Source: Auanema rhodensis
Lineage: Eukaryota; Animalia; Nematoda
DNA: 64,000 nt
Reading direction: 5' to 3'
Assembly: GCA_964057225.1 (NCBI GenBank)
Contig: OZ059894.1
Location: 14,260,001 to 14,324,000 of the forward strand
Positions 39,586-53,951 of the stretch are shown piece by piece (position 1 is the first letter of the stretch; every line of letters starts with the position of its first letter). The notes beneath the pieces were generated by a model. The model was not told the DNA's origin, ran no database searches, and was given only the letters and a program-made list of their open reading frames with translations. The translations under genes were made by a program, and so were the position numbers.

Positions 39586-42500
39586 ATGGAAGTTTTTCGA
39601 AAGCTGCTACCTCGTCGATCACGCGATGAATATGCTTTTGAGCTTTTAAAAAGTTCATCAGCTCAAGATTTCTTCAACTCATCAACATCGGCTTCTCGTG
39701 GTTCTGAAATACCACGATGTTATTCCAACTATGACCATATTAAGCTGCAAAATGCTGGTAGCTCCGGCTCTAGTCAATCTCGTAGACGTCTTACAGCTGA
39801 CTCTGTAGTTGGAGCAAATCCATTGACACCAAAGGTAGGCGAACAGCCTTTGATTTCCAGCCATTATTAACCTCTTAATACTCTCCTTATTTCAATATTA
39901 ACAGGTTTTTATGAACAATTTATTTGTCTGTTTAAAGAGAATAAAAATAAAAATAAACAAATAAATAAGTTTTTTTGTCATAAAATCTATGTTTCTAGAA
40001 TGTAAAAGCATATTTTTTTTAAAATATGGAATTTATATATTTTTACCTTTCTATTCATATTTAACTTTTCTTTTAGCTTTTCCCGATGCTATTCCAAACC
40101 ATTTTTTTCTTCATTTCCAATGTATATTTGAATTCATCTCTCCTCGACTAGAAGCTATACAGATATAGATAAATATATTATATCCTTTATATATAAATGC
40201 TTGTTAGGCATTTTATATATATTTTTATTAGTAAACAACATCAGAAATATTTTTTATAACATGTTCAAATGTACTCTTTTGGAAGCTTAAAAATATTCGT
40301 TTGTATTCTGGAAATTTGTTGAGCTAAGAATCAGAAGAGCAGACTACATCTCTCTCTCTCTCTCTCTGTGTAGCCTTTTTTTCTCTTTTATCTTCTTTAG
40401 AATAACTAAATGAGATCATTTAAGTTTTTTTTCTTGTCACACAAAATGGGGACAACTCAAAGGACTTCTTACAATATTTATCATTTTTTCCTGTTCTTTT
40501 ATGAAAATGAAGAAAAGGAAGGAAGAGTGAATTCAAAAAAAATGAGCAATTGAGATCAAATCTTCTTTGTTCTAACCTAACCATAGAACTAGTAATAGTA
40601 TTCATATGTATATACATATATCTTATATCTAACTATATATATTTCCCTTTTAAGATATTCGAATAAGATAGTTTTATCATGGTTTTTGGATTAAAATTTG
40701 TTATAACTAAACTAGTTAAATTATTTACTTGGTAAGATACAATGAAATGATCATGAAACTTTTTTTTTCAATAAAAAAAAAGAAAAATAATTGAATCTCA
40801 AAGCTAATTCTGAACTTTGGAGACTTCAAGTGTTGGACTAAAAGAAACAAAAAACTTTATCTGAAAGTATTGAAGCACAGTAGTTTTCATATAACTTTAA
40901 CTATATTTCAAAGCTTTTTAAGGAAAAAATATTTAAATAATGAAATGAAAAGGATGAGTAAATAAACACTTAGTGATCGGAAATTTGAGAAATATTGAAA
41001 GACACTCATTTGAGTGTGTGGGCAATTTTCAATTGTTTAATGAATAGTTCAAAAAAATTGAAAGATTAAGAAATTTTCAAAAAAAAGTAAAACAAGTGGT
41101 GTAAGCAATTCCATGCTTTTTGAGAAAAAATGTTGGGGAAAGGGTGTGTTTAAGAATAAAAATTTGAAATATTTTTGTGTTAACATTGATTACATGCATA
41201 TAAATATTTCGATCAAAAATTCCTTAATTATCATTCTCTCACATACATACTTCAAATATAATTACATGTTTTTATGAAAATCTTCGATTATTATATAGAT
41301 AATTATAATAATAATAATAATAATATGAACTAATATAATATATTAAAAGTTATATTATATATATAAATGATTAGTTAAAGCTTGAATCTTTTTGGAAAGA
41401 TAGAGAGAAAGAGTGTTTCGTAGTTGAAAGACAGAACTAAAAGTCATTATTTGACACCAAACATTAACCACAATCTACTTCTCAATTCCGTTTTTTAACT
41501 TTTTTTTTGTTTAATTTATTCAATTATTTATTTTTGATTTTTTCAATTATACATTTATACTATACTAAACTATGTATAAATAATATTAATTATTTTTACC
41601 TGTAATGACAACAAAAAATCTAATAAGGCGTTAGATACAAGGAAAAATAATTAACAATAGAAATTCTTCTGTTGATTTTTAATGCTCCGAAATTAGGAAA
41701 CACAGAAAATATTAAATAGATCTGATCTATGATTTATTAAGATATTCAGGTTTTCTTAGTTCAAAACATTTTTTGGTTTAAAAATGGAATAAAAAATGAA
41801 ATTATGTGAAACTTCATTATGATATCATTTGTATACAGATTATGTTACTAGATTTAATCTTTTTTAGCTATAATTTATTTTAATCAAAATCACAAATTTA
41901 TAAAATATAATATTATAATATATTCATAATTATTATAGTTATAAACATATTGTTAACATGAGCATATGACCTCATACATTTTTATGATACTAAATGAAAA
42001 AAATAATAAATTTGTTTCTTTTAATTCAAAAAATTTAACTATTTGAATAGTTAAGAACGAACAATATATATATAATTTCAAGTTTAAACTATTGTTTTCT
42101 ATACCAATATCAATTAGCCCAATTTTCCGACAAACAATAGCTTTGAAATACAACCATTTAACACGTATTGAAATCAAAAAATATCTTTTGTATGCTAATC
42201 ATACGTGAAGATTCATTTCTTCTATTTTTTTTTCAAATAATACCGTTAAAGTGCATAAATAAAATTAATTTTCATTTAGAAAAATATTACAAAAAAACAA
42301 TTTTAAATGTTTTTATTTCTAATTTGTTTTGAATATATAATATATATTTATTTACATATAGTATATGTCATACATCTATCGAAATTTTTTTCCTTATGGA
42401 AGGATATCAAAAGTACTTTTCTGACAGTTCTTCAGACATATAGATTGACAACTGAAATTTACACGATTTAAAGGAAAAAATAGTATTTTCATTTTTAGTT

Positions 42501-45500
42501 CCCCTTTTTTCTGCGATGCAAATAAAGCTTGAAAATCTGGAGAATTGGTTTCATTTAACAGACAGCAATTGAAAATGTTTGCAAAAGCTACACTGTGATT
42601 TTAATATTTGATGAGACGTTTTTATATATTTTTTCCTCAAAAAATGCTAAGTTCTCCTCCTACACAATATCCTATTCATCGTCTGGATGATTATCTTGTA
42701 TTTCTACTAGTTAGCATAATCATAGTATTATATATACTATATAGCATATAGTTAAAAAATTCTTTATATAACTGATGCATATGTATATAGTATCAGTCAT
42801 CTGACTATTACTAGTATGTAAAAAAAATTTCTTTCTTTTAAACGTCTTTTTCATCTTCACTTTAAGACAATCTGATCAAATTTCAATATTTCCTTAATAG
42901 GTCAGTCTCGTGAGCTGAGCTGAAAAGAAGATGTAGCCCGTGAATCAAAACATGATCCAAATGAAAATATAATTTCCTTATATACTCATTAACAACATCA
43001 TTTTATTAAAATTTTGATAGTCTTCTTTCACACGTACGTGATATCCATCATAAAACTCGGTTAAACATGTGGAAGAGTAGAGGATTAAGTTGATCTGGAA
43101 GTGGTCGTTCTGACGAAATGCTCCGCCCATAAAGAGCTCCTCCCATCTTGTGCTCCCGATTGCTTCTTGCGAACAGAAGAAGCAAAAAAGAAAGAAGACA
43201 TACAGAACTAAACTTATTCCATTTCAACTTCTACTTCTCTTTATTTTATCTTTTTTTTTCAAATCAATATCTGATTTGATATTTCATATAAAACAATGCC
43301 TGATCTCGACTATTTCTTGGTATGTCTTTAGTTATCATATTATTAATCTTATAATCATTGTATATAACTATAAGGAATTAAAATTCCTTTTTATTCATTT
43401 TGATTATATGAAAATAACTATTATATTCAAATAAAAAACTTTTTTTTATTCATTTCACAAAGTTCCTGTTGAAGTTAGAGGTTTGAAGTCCAAAAAATAA
43501 ATAAAAAATCAAACTGAAAAATTTATATTTCATGACAAAGTATTTGACTTATTTGAAATTATTTCAGAAAAGTGAAGAAGTCATCGACTTCATGAGTGGT
43601 CACCCGGAAATGAGTGATTCGTCGTCACTTCTTGGCTTCATTGCATCTCCTCATAGTCTTGATCCCAGCTGCAGTCATGGGTAGGTGTTTCATTGACTTC
43701 CAAAACAAGTATACGAGTACTTGGGTTAGGGTAGAATTTTGAAGTTTGTTGTTGAACCTTGCAGCACTTTTTGGGAAATTTGTTTTTCATATTTAGAATT
43801 TCAATAGAAATTAATCTTACATGATTATATAAAAACTGGCTTCGTTTAAGACATCGATGAGCATGTCATGTCTGAAGTCTTCACATGCCCCCTGACAGAC
43901 TCCTAGGACGAGTCAAGACTAAAGCAATACATACAAACGAATGAACATTAGATATTCATTCTTCCGTTTCGAGCTTACATCTTGTGTTAGGACGACATTT
44001 TCATTTTCTAATAGAAGTTTATTTCGATGAGTTCCTACTTACTTCATCATAAATCTGCTAAGCATAAACCTCTTAATCTATGAACTTGTGTAAAATCTCA
44101 TGTTTAAAGCTGTGTTATTCAGCATCTATTGCCAAATACGTTGAAAGAGGAATATGAATAGTAAGTAGAAAGTCAAATGACCGAATACTTTATAAAGTAT
44201 TTTCAAAAATAAATGAATTAATAGTCAACATATGTATGTATATAATTATTTCTATATCTTCATTCACTTAATTATATCATATAGCTAAATGTATTATTTT
44301 CATATTTATAAAAGAAAAATGATAATTTGGAAACATCTTTCATTAGTTTTTTCATCAACAAAATGAAAGAAAAACAATACAATATTTAATTAACAATTAA
44401 ATATTCCTTAAAGATCATGAACAATCGATCTATAATTCCTTTTTCTTAAAAATGTATTTCACAACTACACCTGGAATACGAAGCTTCATCATCACCATGA
44501 CACTGAATAGCAAATAGATGTAGCTGTGCCATCTTTGAACCTTCGTTCTCGGAATATCATCATTCTCATCTCATTCGCGTGAAAATTGCAAGAGAATTAG
44601 CTTGTTATTTACATTTAGTTCAACTCTTTGATCATTCAAAGCTTGTCTTTTATAACTGTTAAGGAGAAATTCTAGATGAATGTGGAAGAAAACATACTTT
44701 CTTTTACTTTAAAAGCCTGATGATGATGTTGACTTTAAAGGAATATATGATATTCTCGTTCTGAAAGTCATTTTTCGTGCAACATCTCGATGACATAACC
44801 GGGGCATTTGTCCATCTGAGAATGAGAATATTCACACGCTATCAAGTGTGTCTAAGTCAAAGAAGACACGTAGAAAAGAGTGAATGTCAGTTGATACTAA
44901 GCCTGTTTCCTCTTTACATCACCTCACATCTCATCACGTCTCATCGACACATACATATGACTCAATGACGTAGATCCGCTATGATTATAGCATCTACTTG
45001 TATATAAACTCACAATTCGAAAGTCATCTGATTTTAGCCAAAAATCTATTTTCGGATTAACTTCCATTGAAGATATTCACGAGAACGTTTTACAAGATTT
45101 CTATTACTCTCTCTCCCTCTCTCTTCATCCCAAGAAACTCAATATTGGAAAATCATAGAAATTAGACGAACACGGAAAAAATAAAGAATTTCCCGTTGGC
45201 AAACAAGAAAAAAAAAAGGTTTCTCTCTATTATTGATAATCAAATAGAGAAACATAAAAATATTTTAAATTAGTCTGATTAAGAGACTCCAAACACAAAA
45301 TATCCTTGATGTATGTATATGCATACCGTAGATTTTTTTTGTTGAATTACTACTTCACTTTGTTAAGTAAAAACATACAAAAACCAATTTGAAAACAAAC
45401 AACATTGTGTTTTATTTCAAATTTCCTTTTTTTTTCTTATTAATTAAGAAATAATATTACTTAATTATATATAAATAGATAGTTAAAGAAACTTTTTTCA

Positions 45501-47344
45501 GATTTGATTCAGAAGATAATACATATGAAAAAGCTATAAGTGAATGTCATATATTCCGAGATAGTCCACAGTTTGTAGAGGGTGTTCTACTCAAATGTAC
45601 AGATAAGAAGCGTAAGTTTCTATTACGTTTTTAAACCAAATATATTTTCTTTTGTTTCGTATTTGAAGAATGTTAGTGGGAAAACTCAAGCTATTATTTC
45701 AAGGGCCACATGACCGGAAATGGTCATTTTCAGCTTGAATTTCAGCCTTTTTCTCTTTCATTTTCACTTTATGTTTTGTAATTCTGTCTTCTATTCCTGA
45801 TTGAACATAATTAAAAGATATAGTTAGTTATACAATCAGGATTTTAGTTCAAATTTCTTCAAAAACTAATAGAAAATATGAAAAGATAAAATGATATTTT
45901 CTAAAAGTTCTTTTTTTTTCTTTTTCAAAAGATAAAAAATGAAAAACTGCAAAATCATCTATTTGGCAATGCATAGAAATATTTGAAAAAAAAGAAGAAA
46001 ACTTACTGGAATGACTTACAATATCAGAAAAAACTTAAATAAAACACCAAATATACATTCTTTTTTATCTTAAATTGCCCTGTAATGGTGATGTAACACA
46101 CATAAGTTACAGCTATTCTTGAACTTCCTCATAAACTTAAAACTTTTGAATTCAAATATACTACATAAATTTAGAAGAATTCAGAAAAATATACAAGCAA
46201 TTCGTTTAATTTTTAAATTTTCAGCTTTGTTCCCATACCTACATTTCTGTAATTTTCAATCTCCTGATCTTAGCCAAAGAATCCGTGAAATTAATGATAG
46301 TATACGGATGTGTTCCACAAATAATACAAGCTTATACGGTAAAATTATTGAAAGAGATGTAATTATTCTATATTTTTTGTGTTTTCAGGAAGTTACGACG
46401 AAGTATACTCAATCCAGAAAACAGCTACAGTTTTGGAGCAAAGACTTCCAACTCATCGACACGCTGGCTATATAGTTGTTGGTTTCAAGCTTTTAGATGA
46501 TGCTACAAAGGTAAGATAATCTAATTATATTGTTTTCAACTTTTTTCGATTTTTTTTAGCAACAAAATCTAGAACGCACATGGTTATCGTGGTCAGGAGC
46601 TCGTGAAATATATAAATACTCCCCACGAAGCTGGAATTTACGACGAATATCGCTATTACGTCATCCAACTATGTAAGAACATCAAACATATAAATTTATC
46701 ATTTCCTATAATTTGTAGGTCTCGTAACGATCCTATGAGACCATTCATCTATGTTTTAATGTGTGAATATGGCTCTATTTTACATCCAACAAACACAATT
46801 CAGGTAAATAAAAAAAATAAAATGAATAAATTAAATTAGATTTAAATCAAAAATGAAAAAATATTTTAAATTATTAATAATATGTAATGATTTTAGGCTA
46901 TGGACTTATGTGAACGATTAAGAGTTCGAAATTGTGGTCATATTGCATTATATCAGGTTTGTTTTGTTAGAGCATTTTTTGAAACTTGAATGATAACGTT
47001 TATGTGATGAGTACTCATAACACGAATTACAGGTTCACACTGCTTATAGCTCTAACATTGTTCCTGTTACGTCCTCCGGCCTATCAGATAATGCTGCAGG
47101 CATGAGTCCAGCTTCGTCATCGTCACCATCTCGAAGACCATCAGGCGGACGACTGGTGTCAACAACATCAACATCAAGCCAGCAATCGACGTCAATGAAA
47201 CGTAATCCTATGATGCGTGGATTGTCACAAGATGTTGAAACAGCTCACAGTGTCAATACAATAGAAGCTCGTCGAAATCGCTTGAGATTACGTGAAAAGA
47301 GTTTTCAGTATCCTGATGAGCATTACCACACGTATCATTACTAG
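39586..47344 (+). CDS. Conserved uncharacterised protein (resembles DUF7153-type proteins). Longest isoform shown. Common exons start at 43568, with other first exons at 37842 and possibly 34275.
   Basis: In-phase exons 39586-39834, 43568-43680, 45502-45611 and 46225 onward give ...FVEGVLLKCTDKKPLFPYLHF...GSYDEVYSI...LPTHRHAGYIVVGFKLLD...LERTWLSWSGAREIYKYSPRSWNLRRI...FIYVLMCEYG...CERLRVRNCGHIALYQV, then an S/R-rich tail. The family name is from memory only. Confidence 0.82.
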
Positions 47345-48345
47345 TTTCTAATTATCTGAAAACAAAAATGATCTCCTATTCTCATCCTGTCCTCAACATT
47401 GGTCACTGAAACGAGTTTTAGAATTGCATCAGTATGACGTTATCGAATTATCTAACATATATTAGGCAAAAAATAAAAAAAAGCTATATATTTTGCGATT
47501 ATGAGTTAGGTATTAGCATTTTGATGTGAAACTATTAGTTTCGATGCTCCGAGTTCCGTATTGTTCAAACTTCAATATTGCAAAACCAGGTGATCCATTT
47601 AAAGAGAACGTTATAAATAAATTATCAAAATAGATAATATATTATAGATTATAATAATGTTTTGGACAGTAATTCTCTTGTATTTTAATGGAAAGCAAAC
47701 TCTATACATATTTGCTTATACATATATTCTATATATAATGTATTTTTTTAAATTATAACAAAATATAAATTAACAGATTTTTCTGTTTCTTTTTCATTTA
47801 TTGAAAGAAAATATTTGTATTTCTTCTTCTTCAATTCTCATGATATTCCTGGTCTATGTCAGCATATTCTCATGTATAAGACATCTATTAATCTCCATAT
47901 CAGTTCAAATTGCGATATGAGCTGCTCACAATCATATACGTATAGCCTTCTTAATTATATAATATTTGTATTAAACAAATTTTTATTTTTATAAATTATA
48001 TAATGTTATATTTGGCTTATAATAATTTTTTTTTGTTTTTTTTTCTGTTAAAATAAAATAATTTAGCCATAATTGATTGTGTACATTGTCTTTAGTTTGA
48101 ACTTTTGCAATTTTCAGAATATTTTAGTCATTTTTGCAAAACAAATATTGAATACTATGTAATATATTGAGTGTTATATAGTAAAAATGTAGAAATATAT
48201 AACAAATAATTTATTATTATTATTTTTATTTTTGAATGAAAAACATACAATCGGCTTATATTGAGGAAAGAATTTAATTCGTTTTTTTTTTCAGTTTGAA
48301 AAAAAATCTTAAATTTTTTGAATATGAATTAGTATTTCTAATTCA

Positions 48346-50383
48346 TTAAGCTGATTCTTCCGGAGCTGTTTTCACATCGGAAACGGCATCCTGCTTCGAA
48401 ATCAAGCGTGTAACCAAATAAAAACCAGTTGCTGAGCATATTTGAAGACCTGGAATTTCAAAATATGATTAAATACTTTTTGGTTTTCTAAAATATTACC
48501 TATAAGTAGCATACACCAATGATAGATATTCAAATGCACAGCTAAGAAACAACCCAGACATGTTGACAAAGACTGAAATAAACAAAAAATATTTTTTTTA
48601 ATTAAAAGTTTTAAATAATTAATAAAGTTCTAAAGAAATGCTGTAACCTGGAAAAGCTTTGCTGCCGAATAAAATTGAAGACGTCTCTCTGGTATGGCTA
48701 TGGTACAGATGATTGAACGCATAGTACATGAACAGCAGTCAATCATACCATGTAGTAAACCAGCTAACAAACACATATAAGCTCTGAAAATATAATGAAG
48801 TATTCTTCTATAGATTTCTTTTAGTTTAATGGATACCTAGGGTCTACCAATAAGCCGGAACTATTAGTCGGGTGCATAGTTGAATCTGGTGGAGTGCAAC
48901 TGATTATTAAACAGTACATTATGGATGACAATACAAGTTGAGTGACCATTGTTGGCCTCAATCCAAAGGAAGGATTCTTTTGCGACATAATGTGAATAAA
49001 GAATCCCACTAAAATATGTAAATATTCAAAGTTGTTTTGATTTCTAATATGTTTTGTTTGTTTCAGCTAAATTTAGATAATGTTGCCAGTTTCTATCAAG
49101 TGATTTTCACGTAAAATGAGATAACCACTCAATAAAATTTATACGCAAAAAACGGTTGATTCATGTTTCTTGGTTCAAATAGTAAAGTAGATTCAATTTT
49201 TCAGGCTTACCTGTAATATTTCCAACACCGAGCATTGTACTGTAATATGCAACGGTCATTGGGTTATCAGCTAATGTCTTTGAAAAACTGAATGTTGTCG
49301 GATATATTACACACCAGAATGCTATATGAAATCCGTAAAATATGTAGAATGGAATCAAAAGAAGAAACCGAGGTTTGCATATTGTACTTAAGAGAAGTGC
49401 TAAATAACTTATGATGTTGTTTTAAAAAATTTTTATAGAAATACCTATCTGATTTTTCAAAGTTGAATGTTTATTTGGACTGAGCATTGCTAATGAATCT
49501 TTACTTGGTTGTTTCGGAAGCGTGAAAAAGGTTATATTAGATATAAAGCTAGCTCCAGCAAGTACTCCAAAGATGGTCAATACTTCGGAAGAAGAAAAAT
49601 CTCTAAAACTACTGAATGAAGTATTGATATGAAATCTCAATATAAACCTGTAAAAGCTGCCATCTTCAGATTCAGTACTAAAAGATTTGTTAAACGTGAA
49701 AATAGTAGCTAAAATTAAGCCTCCTAGTAACATACTGTAATAGATTCAGATGTATTTGATTCAAGAAAACTATTAAACCTGCTGTTCCCAACTGCGCTTA
49801 CCAGTACTGAATTTCTGGATATGGTTGAAGAAGTTGAATGCTCGGCGACATAAGCACCTTGCCCACAGTAGTATACTTCAGAATTATTAAACATGTATTA
49901 AAGAAATTGAATCCTCAAACTTACATGCAAAACCTATTCCCATTAATATTTCGGAAAAAAAATAGAAAAATGAATTAATGAAGAAAAAGCCCATCTACAA
50001 AATAAATGATGTTTCAATCTCAATATATGAAGAGGTTAATTTACGAGGTAGATTGTAAATAAAGTTGAACCAAAAAAGAGTGACCATCTTGATCCAAATT
50101 TATAGACAATCCATGGAGCCAGTAATGTTGTTACAGTATATGATGCATATAAAACAGTTTGCCTTCAATGTTTGATAGATACTTGTTGAGCAGTTTTTGG
50201 GTTGAAAACTAACCCGTAATACCCTGAGTGACTATCCATTCCATCAGGATCTCTTCTACTAACAGAGTGTAAAACAGATTCAATGATAAATGCTTGCGTG
50301 TCATATCCTGTGAAAAGAGTAAGAGTAGCAACTCCCAAAAGAATAATATTCAACAATTCGCGTGCTCCATCTGATAGACCCAT
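48346..50383 (-). CDS. UNC-93-like / MFSD11-like major facilitator membrane protein
   Basis: LLNIILLGVATLTLFTGYDTQAFIIESVLHSV, HSGYYGQTVLY, GIGFALYY.GQGAYVAEHSTSSTISRNS, FYGFHIAFWCVIYPTTFSF, and QFYSAAKLFQ, spread over about 12 short-intron exons. Confidence 0.9.
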
Positions 50384-50714
50384 GGGCTTTTACCAGGTTT
50401 GGGATGTCTAATAGTAAAAAGATAACATACGTAAACAAGCAAAGAAAGACGAAAAGAGCAAAATTGGAAGACAAATGGTTTCGTGCATTACTGTCAAGAG
50501 CTCTGCAATTTCTAACCAATTGCACTGGTGAGTGCACTGGGTACTGATATGATGTGCATTGAGTTTGGTGATGCTTATGTAAATCATTTTCGTCGCATAA
50601 TTTAATACTTCATAGTTCAAAAGTGGGAGTAATTCTATTTTATACAATATAAACACACATGTATAAAAAAAACCTTTATGGTCCTCATAGTTCTACAAAT
50701 ACATCTACAATTAT

Positions 50715-51261
50715 CTAATGATGATGAGCATCATGATCATGTCCATGTTGCTTACGGTATTTGTAATGTAGTCGTTTTTCCTCAGGTACAACAGACTCGT
50801 ACAGAACAACTCCAGCCTAAATGATTGTAGTATAATTTTATTTTAACCACTTCAACACTTACCTTGATAATACCGAGAAGAAGAGCTATTCTCCAAATCA
50901 CTTTGAAATATTGACCGTATGGAGACTGAGCAAAAATATCAGAGTTATGGTTCTATAAGAAATGAAACATTGAAATATACAAAATTCAAGTATTAAGCTA
51001 CTAACAATAGCATTGAAAGCAGAATAAGCCTCACGCTTAGCTTGTCCAAACATAAACTTCTTTGGCATATTGTTCACACTGTCCCATTTTCCTTCGCTTG
51101 CTAAACGATTAATAGCACGGAAAGCAGCTAAGGAATCTCTATAATAACATATCATAAAATACTGAGATAACTTTGAAATATTAGAAATACCCTGCGTGTG
51201 AAGATCCATTTCGAGAAACAATTCTGAGCGAGGGAAGCGAGGCCCTTGCAAGATTCGACAT
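50715..51261 (-). CDS. Small (about 130 aa) probable mitochondrial single-pass membrane protein with His-rich C-terminus, 4 exons
   Basis: Presequence-like MSNLARASLPSLRIVSRNGSSHAG, then DSLAAFRAINRLASEGKWDSVNNMPKKFMFG..., TM segment YFKVIWRIALLLGIIKAGVVLY, and tail HGHDHDAHHH*. TTTAG trans-splice acceptor just upstream. Confidence 0.8.
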
Positions 51262-52044
51262 CCTGCGGTTGAACACCCTAAATAGAATATTAAAAAAATA
51301 TTTCAATAAAATTTTGAAGTCATTAACCAACACTAACACATAAAAACAATCAAATAATTAAAAAATAAGCATAAATATCTAACATAAAAGATATAACTTC
51401 GGAAATACGTAACTATTCGTGTGTATTCCAATGTGAATCTACCGTAGTATAAAATATAAAATTTATATAAAATTCAAAATAAAAGTTAATACAAAGTAAT
51501 TAATCAACGAATGATTTAATGAATTTATGAAATTTTATCTGTACTTTAGAACGCTATAAATATATAAGTGAATCTTTTAAATTGAAACTTTTAATATTAG
51601 TATTAAAAAAGACGACCACACTATTTGCTCATTTGCTAATGTAAACTTTTTTTTATGTAAAATAATTCACTGAAATGTTGTTAATTTACTCATAAGAAAT
51701 TGTGTTATTCTTTATTATTATTTTTATATTTCATTTAGTGATCGTTTAAAGTATATCACGAAATCGATTAGTTTAATTTCAATTCTCAACAAATCTTCTG
51801 TTATACAGTTATCCTTAGTTTGTTCTGTCTTTAAAGAATTTATTTGCTAAAGTTAAGCTAATAACATTTATTTTGTTTTTATTGATTCTGGTTAATTGTA
51901 ATGCCTTATCGCCTTTGAATTATTTGTCTTATCAATGTCGCACCAATTTCAATCATTGTAATAAGCAAGCAACACAGCGCCCTGAAAACTGCACATGCTT
52001 CTTTCAACCTTTGATGTATGTTTTAGTTTAAACTTTAATTTCAG

Positions 52045-53812
52045 ATGACTATCTTAACCGTAAGTTCGAGAACAGCTTCGGCATCTATCCGATTGCTGAA
52101 TACTTCAGCCTCTCGTTTTTCAGCGTATGATTGTATTTATTAAAGAAAATCATAATAATATTTATTATTTTTAGAAAGCAGACATGTTTGTATGATTTAC
52201 ATAAAAAACACAATGGAAAGTTGGTACCATTCGCTGGTTATGACATGCCTGTTCAATATCCCGATCTTTCTGTAAAAGATTCAACACTCCATACTCGTAA
52301 ACATCTTAGTATTTTTGATGTCTCTCATATGCTCCAAACACACATTGTCGGAAAAGACAGGTTATAGTTGACCCGATTCACAATTTTTAAAAAATGTTTT
52401 GATGACTTTTGTGCTGTGAACAATTTGATTTTAATATTTAAATCTAGTTATTGCGTTTGTTTTCATAATGTAATGTTTTTAGAGAAAATTTCATAGAAAG
52501 TTTAACTACTGCTGATGTACAGGGTTTGACCCCTAACAGTGGAACACTATCAGGTGTGTTAAAGGAAGGCTACTGGTTTTTTAACTTCCTTTTTGTTTCA
52601 GTATTCACAAATGAGAAAGGAGGTATCAAGGATGATTTGATTGTCACTAAGACTGATCAAGACTTCATCTACATGGTAACCAATGCTGGTTGTATTGATA
52701 AGGATTTACCATATCTTCAAGTACGATACATTATTCAATGTTCTAATTCAGTATTTAATCTCATTTCTTAAACATTTTCAGGAAAATGCTGCTAAGTGGA
52801 GATCACAAGGAAAAGATGTTGAAATCAAAACTCTTGATGGTAGAGGATTAATTGCTGTTCAAGGTTCGTAATGAAAATTTTATTGAAGTTTCCATCTTTT
52901 TCAGGACCTGAAATTGCTAAAGTTCTTCAAAGTGAAACTGATATTGATCTGAGTAAACTGACTTTCATGAAAACAGCTATTGGGAAAGTATTTGGAATTG
53001 AAAACTGTAGAGTAACTCGCTGTGGATACACCGGAGAAGATGGTGTCGAAGTAAGTTCCAAGGGAAATTTATACTAATGAACATGATATCTTCAGATTTC
53101 AGTTGATCCTGCTCAAGCCGCCACTTTGGTTGAACGTCTTCTTGAATCCAAGGTTATAGAATGATATCTCCGTTTAACTCACCTTTGCTTCTTAGAACGG
53201 AAATGTTAAGTTAGCTGGTCTTGGAGCTCGTGATGCCCTTCGCATGGAAGCTGGTTTATGTCTCTATGGCAATGATATTGATGAAGGAACAACTCCTATT
53301 GAAGCTGGTCTTGCTTTTGTTGTCGGTTTGTCTTTCTCTTTTTTAGTTAAAACAAAACAAAAACCCTTGTTTCAAGCTAAGCGTAGACGTGAAGCAATGG
53401 ATTTCCCTGGAGCTGAAAAAATAGTTGGACAATTGAAGAACAAGAATTGGCCAAAGAGAAGAGTTGGACTGATTTCTGATCCAGGCAGAGCTCCAAGAAG
53501 TATATCGTTACTAAGACGGATATCTTGTAATACTATGAATAATTTCAGCTGGACTTCCCCTTATCGACCCTATGGATAAGTGTGCCATTGGTTATGTTAC
53601 TTCTGGTTGCCCATCACCATGCTTAGGTTTGATTTATTTACGAGGGATCATTAAAAATAAATATTTAAGGAAAAAATATTGCTATTGCTTATGTTGATAA
53701 GCCATATTCAAAAGATGGAACTCAATTTATTGTTGATTTTGGAGCTAAACAATCCAAAGTTACGGTAACAAAGATGCCATTCGTAAAGACCAATTATTAT
53801 ACAGGAAAATAG
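52045..53812 (+). CDS. gcst-1: Glycine cleavage system T protein (aminomethyltransferase), mitochondrial
   Basis: [84 protein letters not shown], and VTKMPFV. Confidence 0.97.
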
Positions 53813-53951
53813 ATATAAAAATAGATTTCATAGATTATATTAAATAATTTTCACGTTGTGCCCTTATCTTCAGGATTTTGCTCATGTTCATTGTTTACTT
53901 ATCTGTGATATAGTCTAATAAATTAGTTTATACGATAAATAACCTGTTGAT

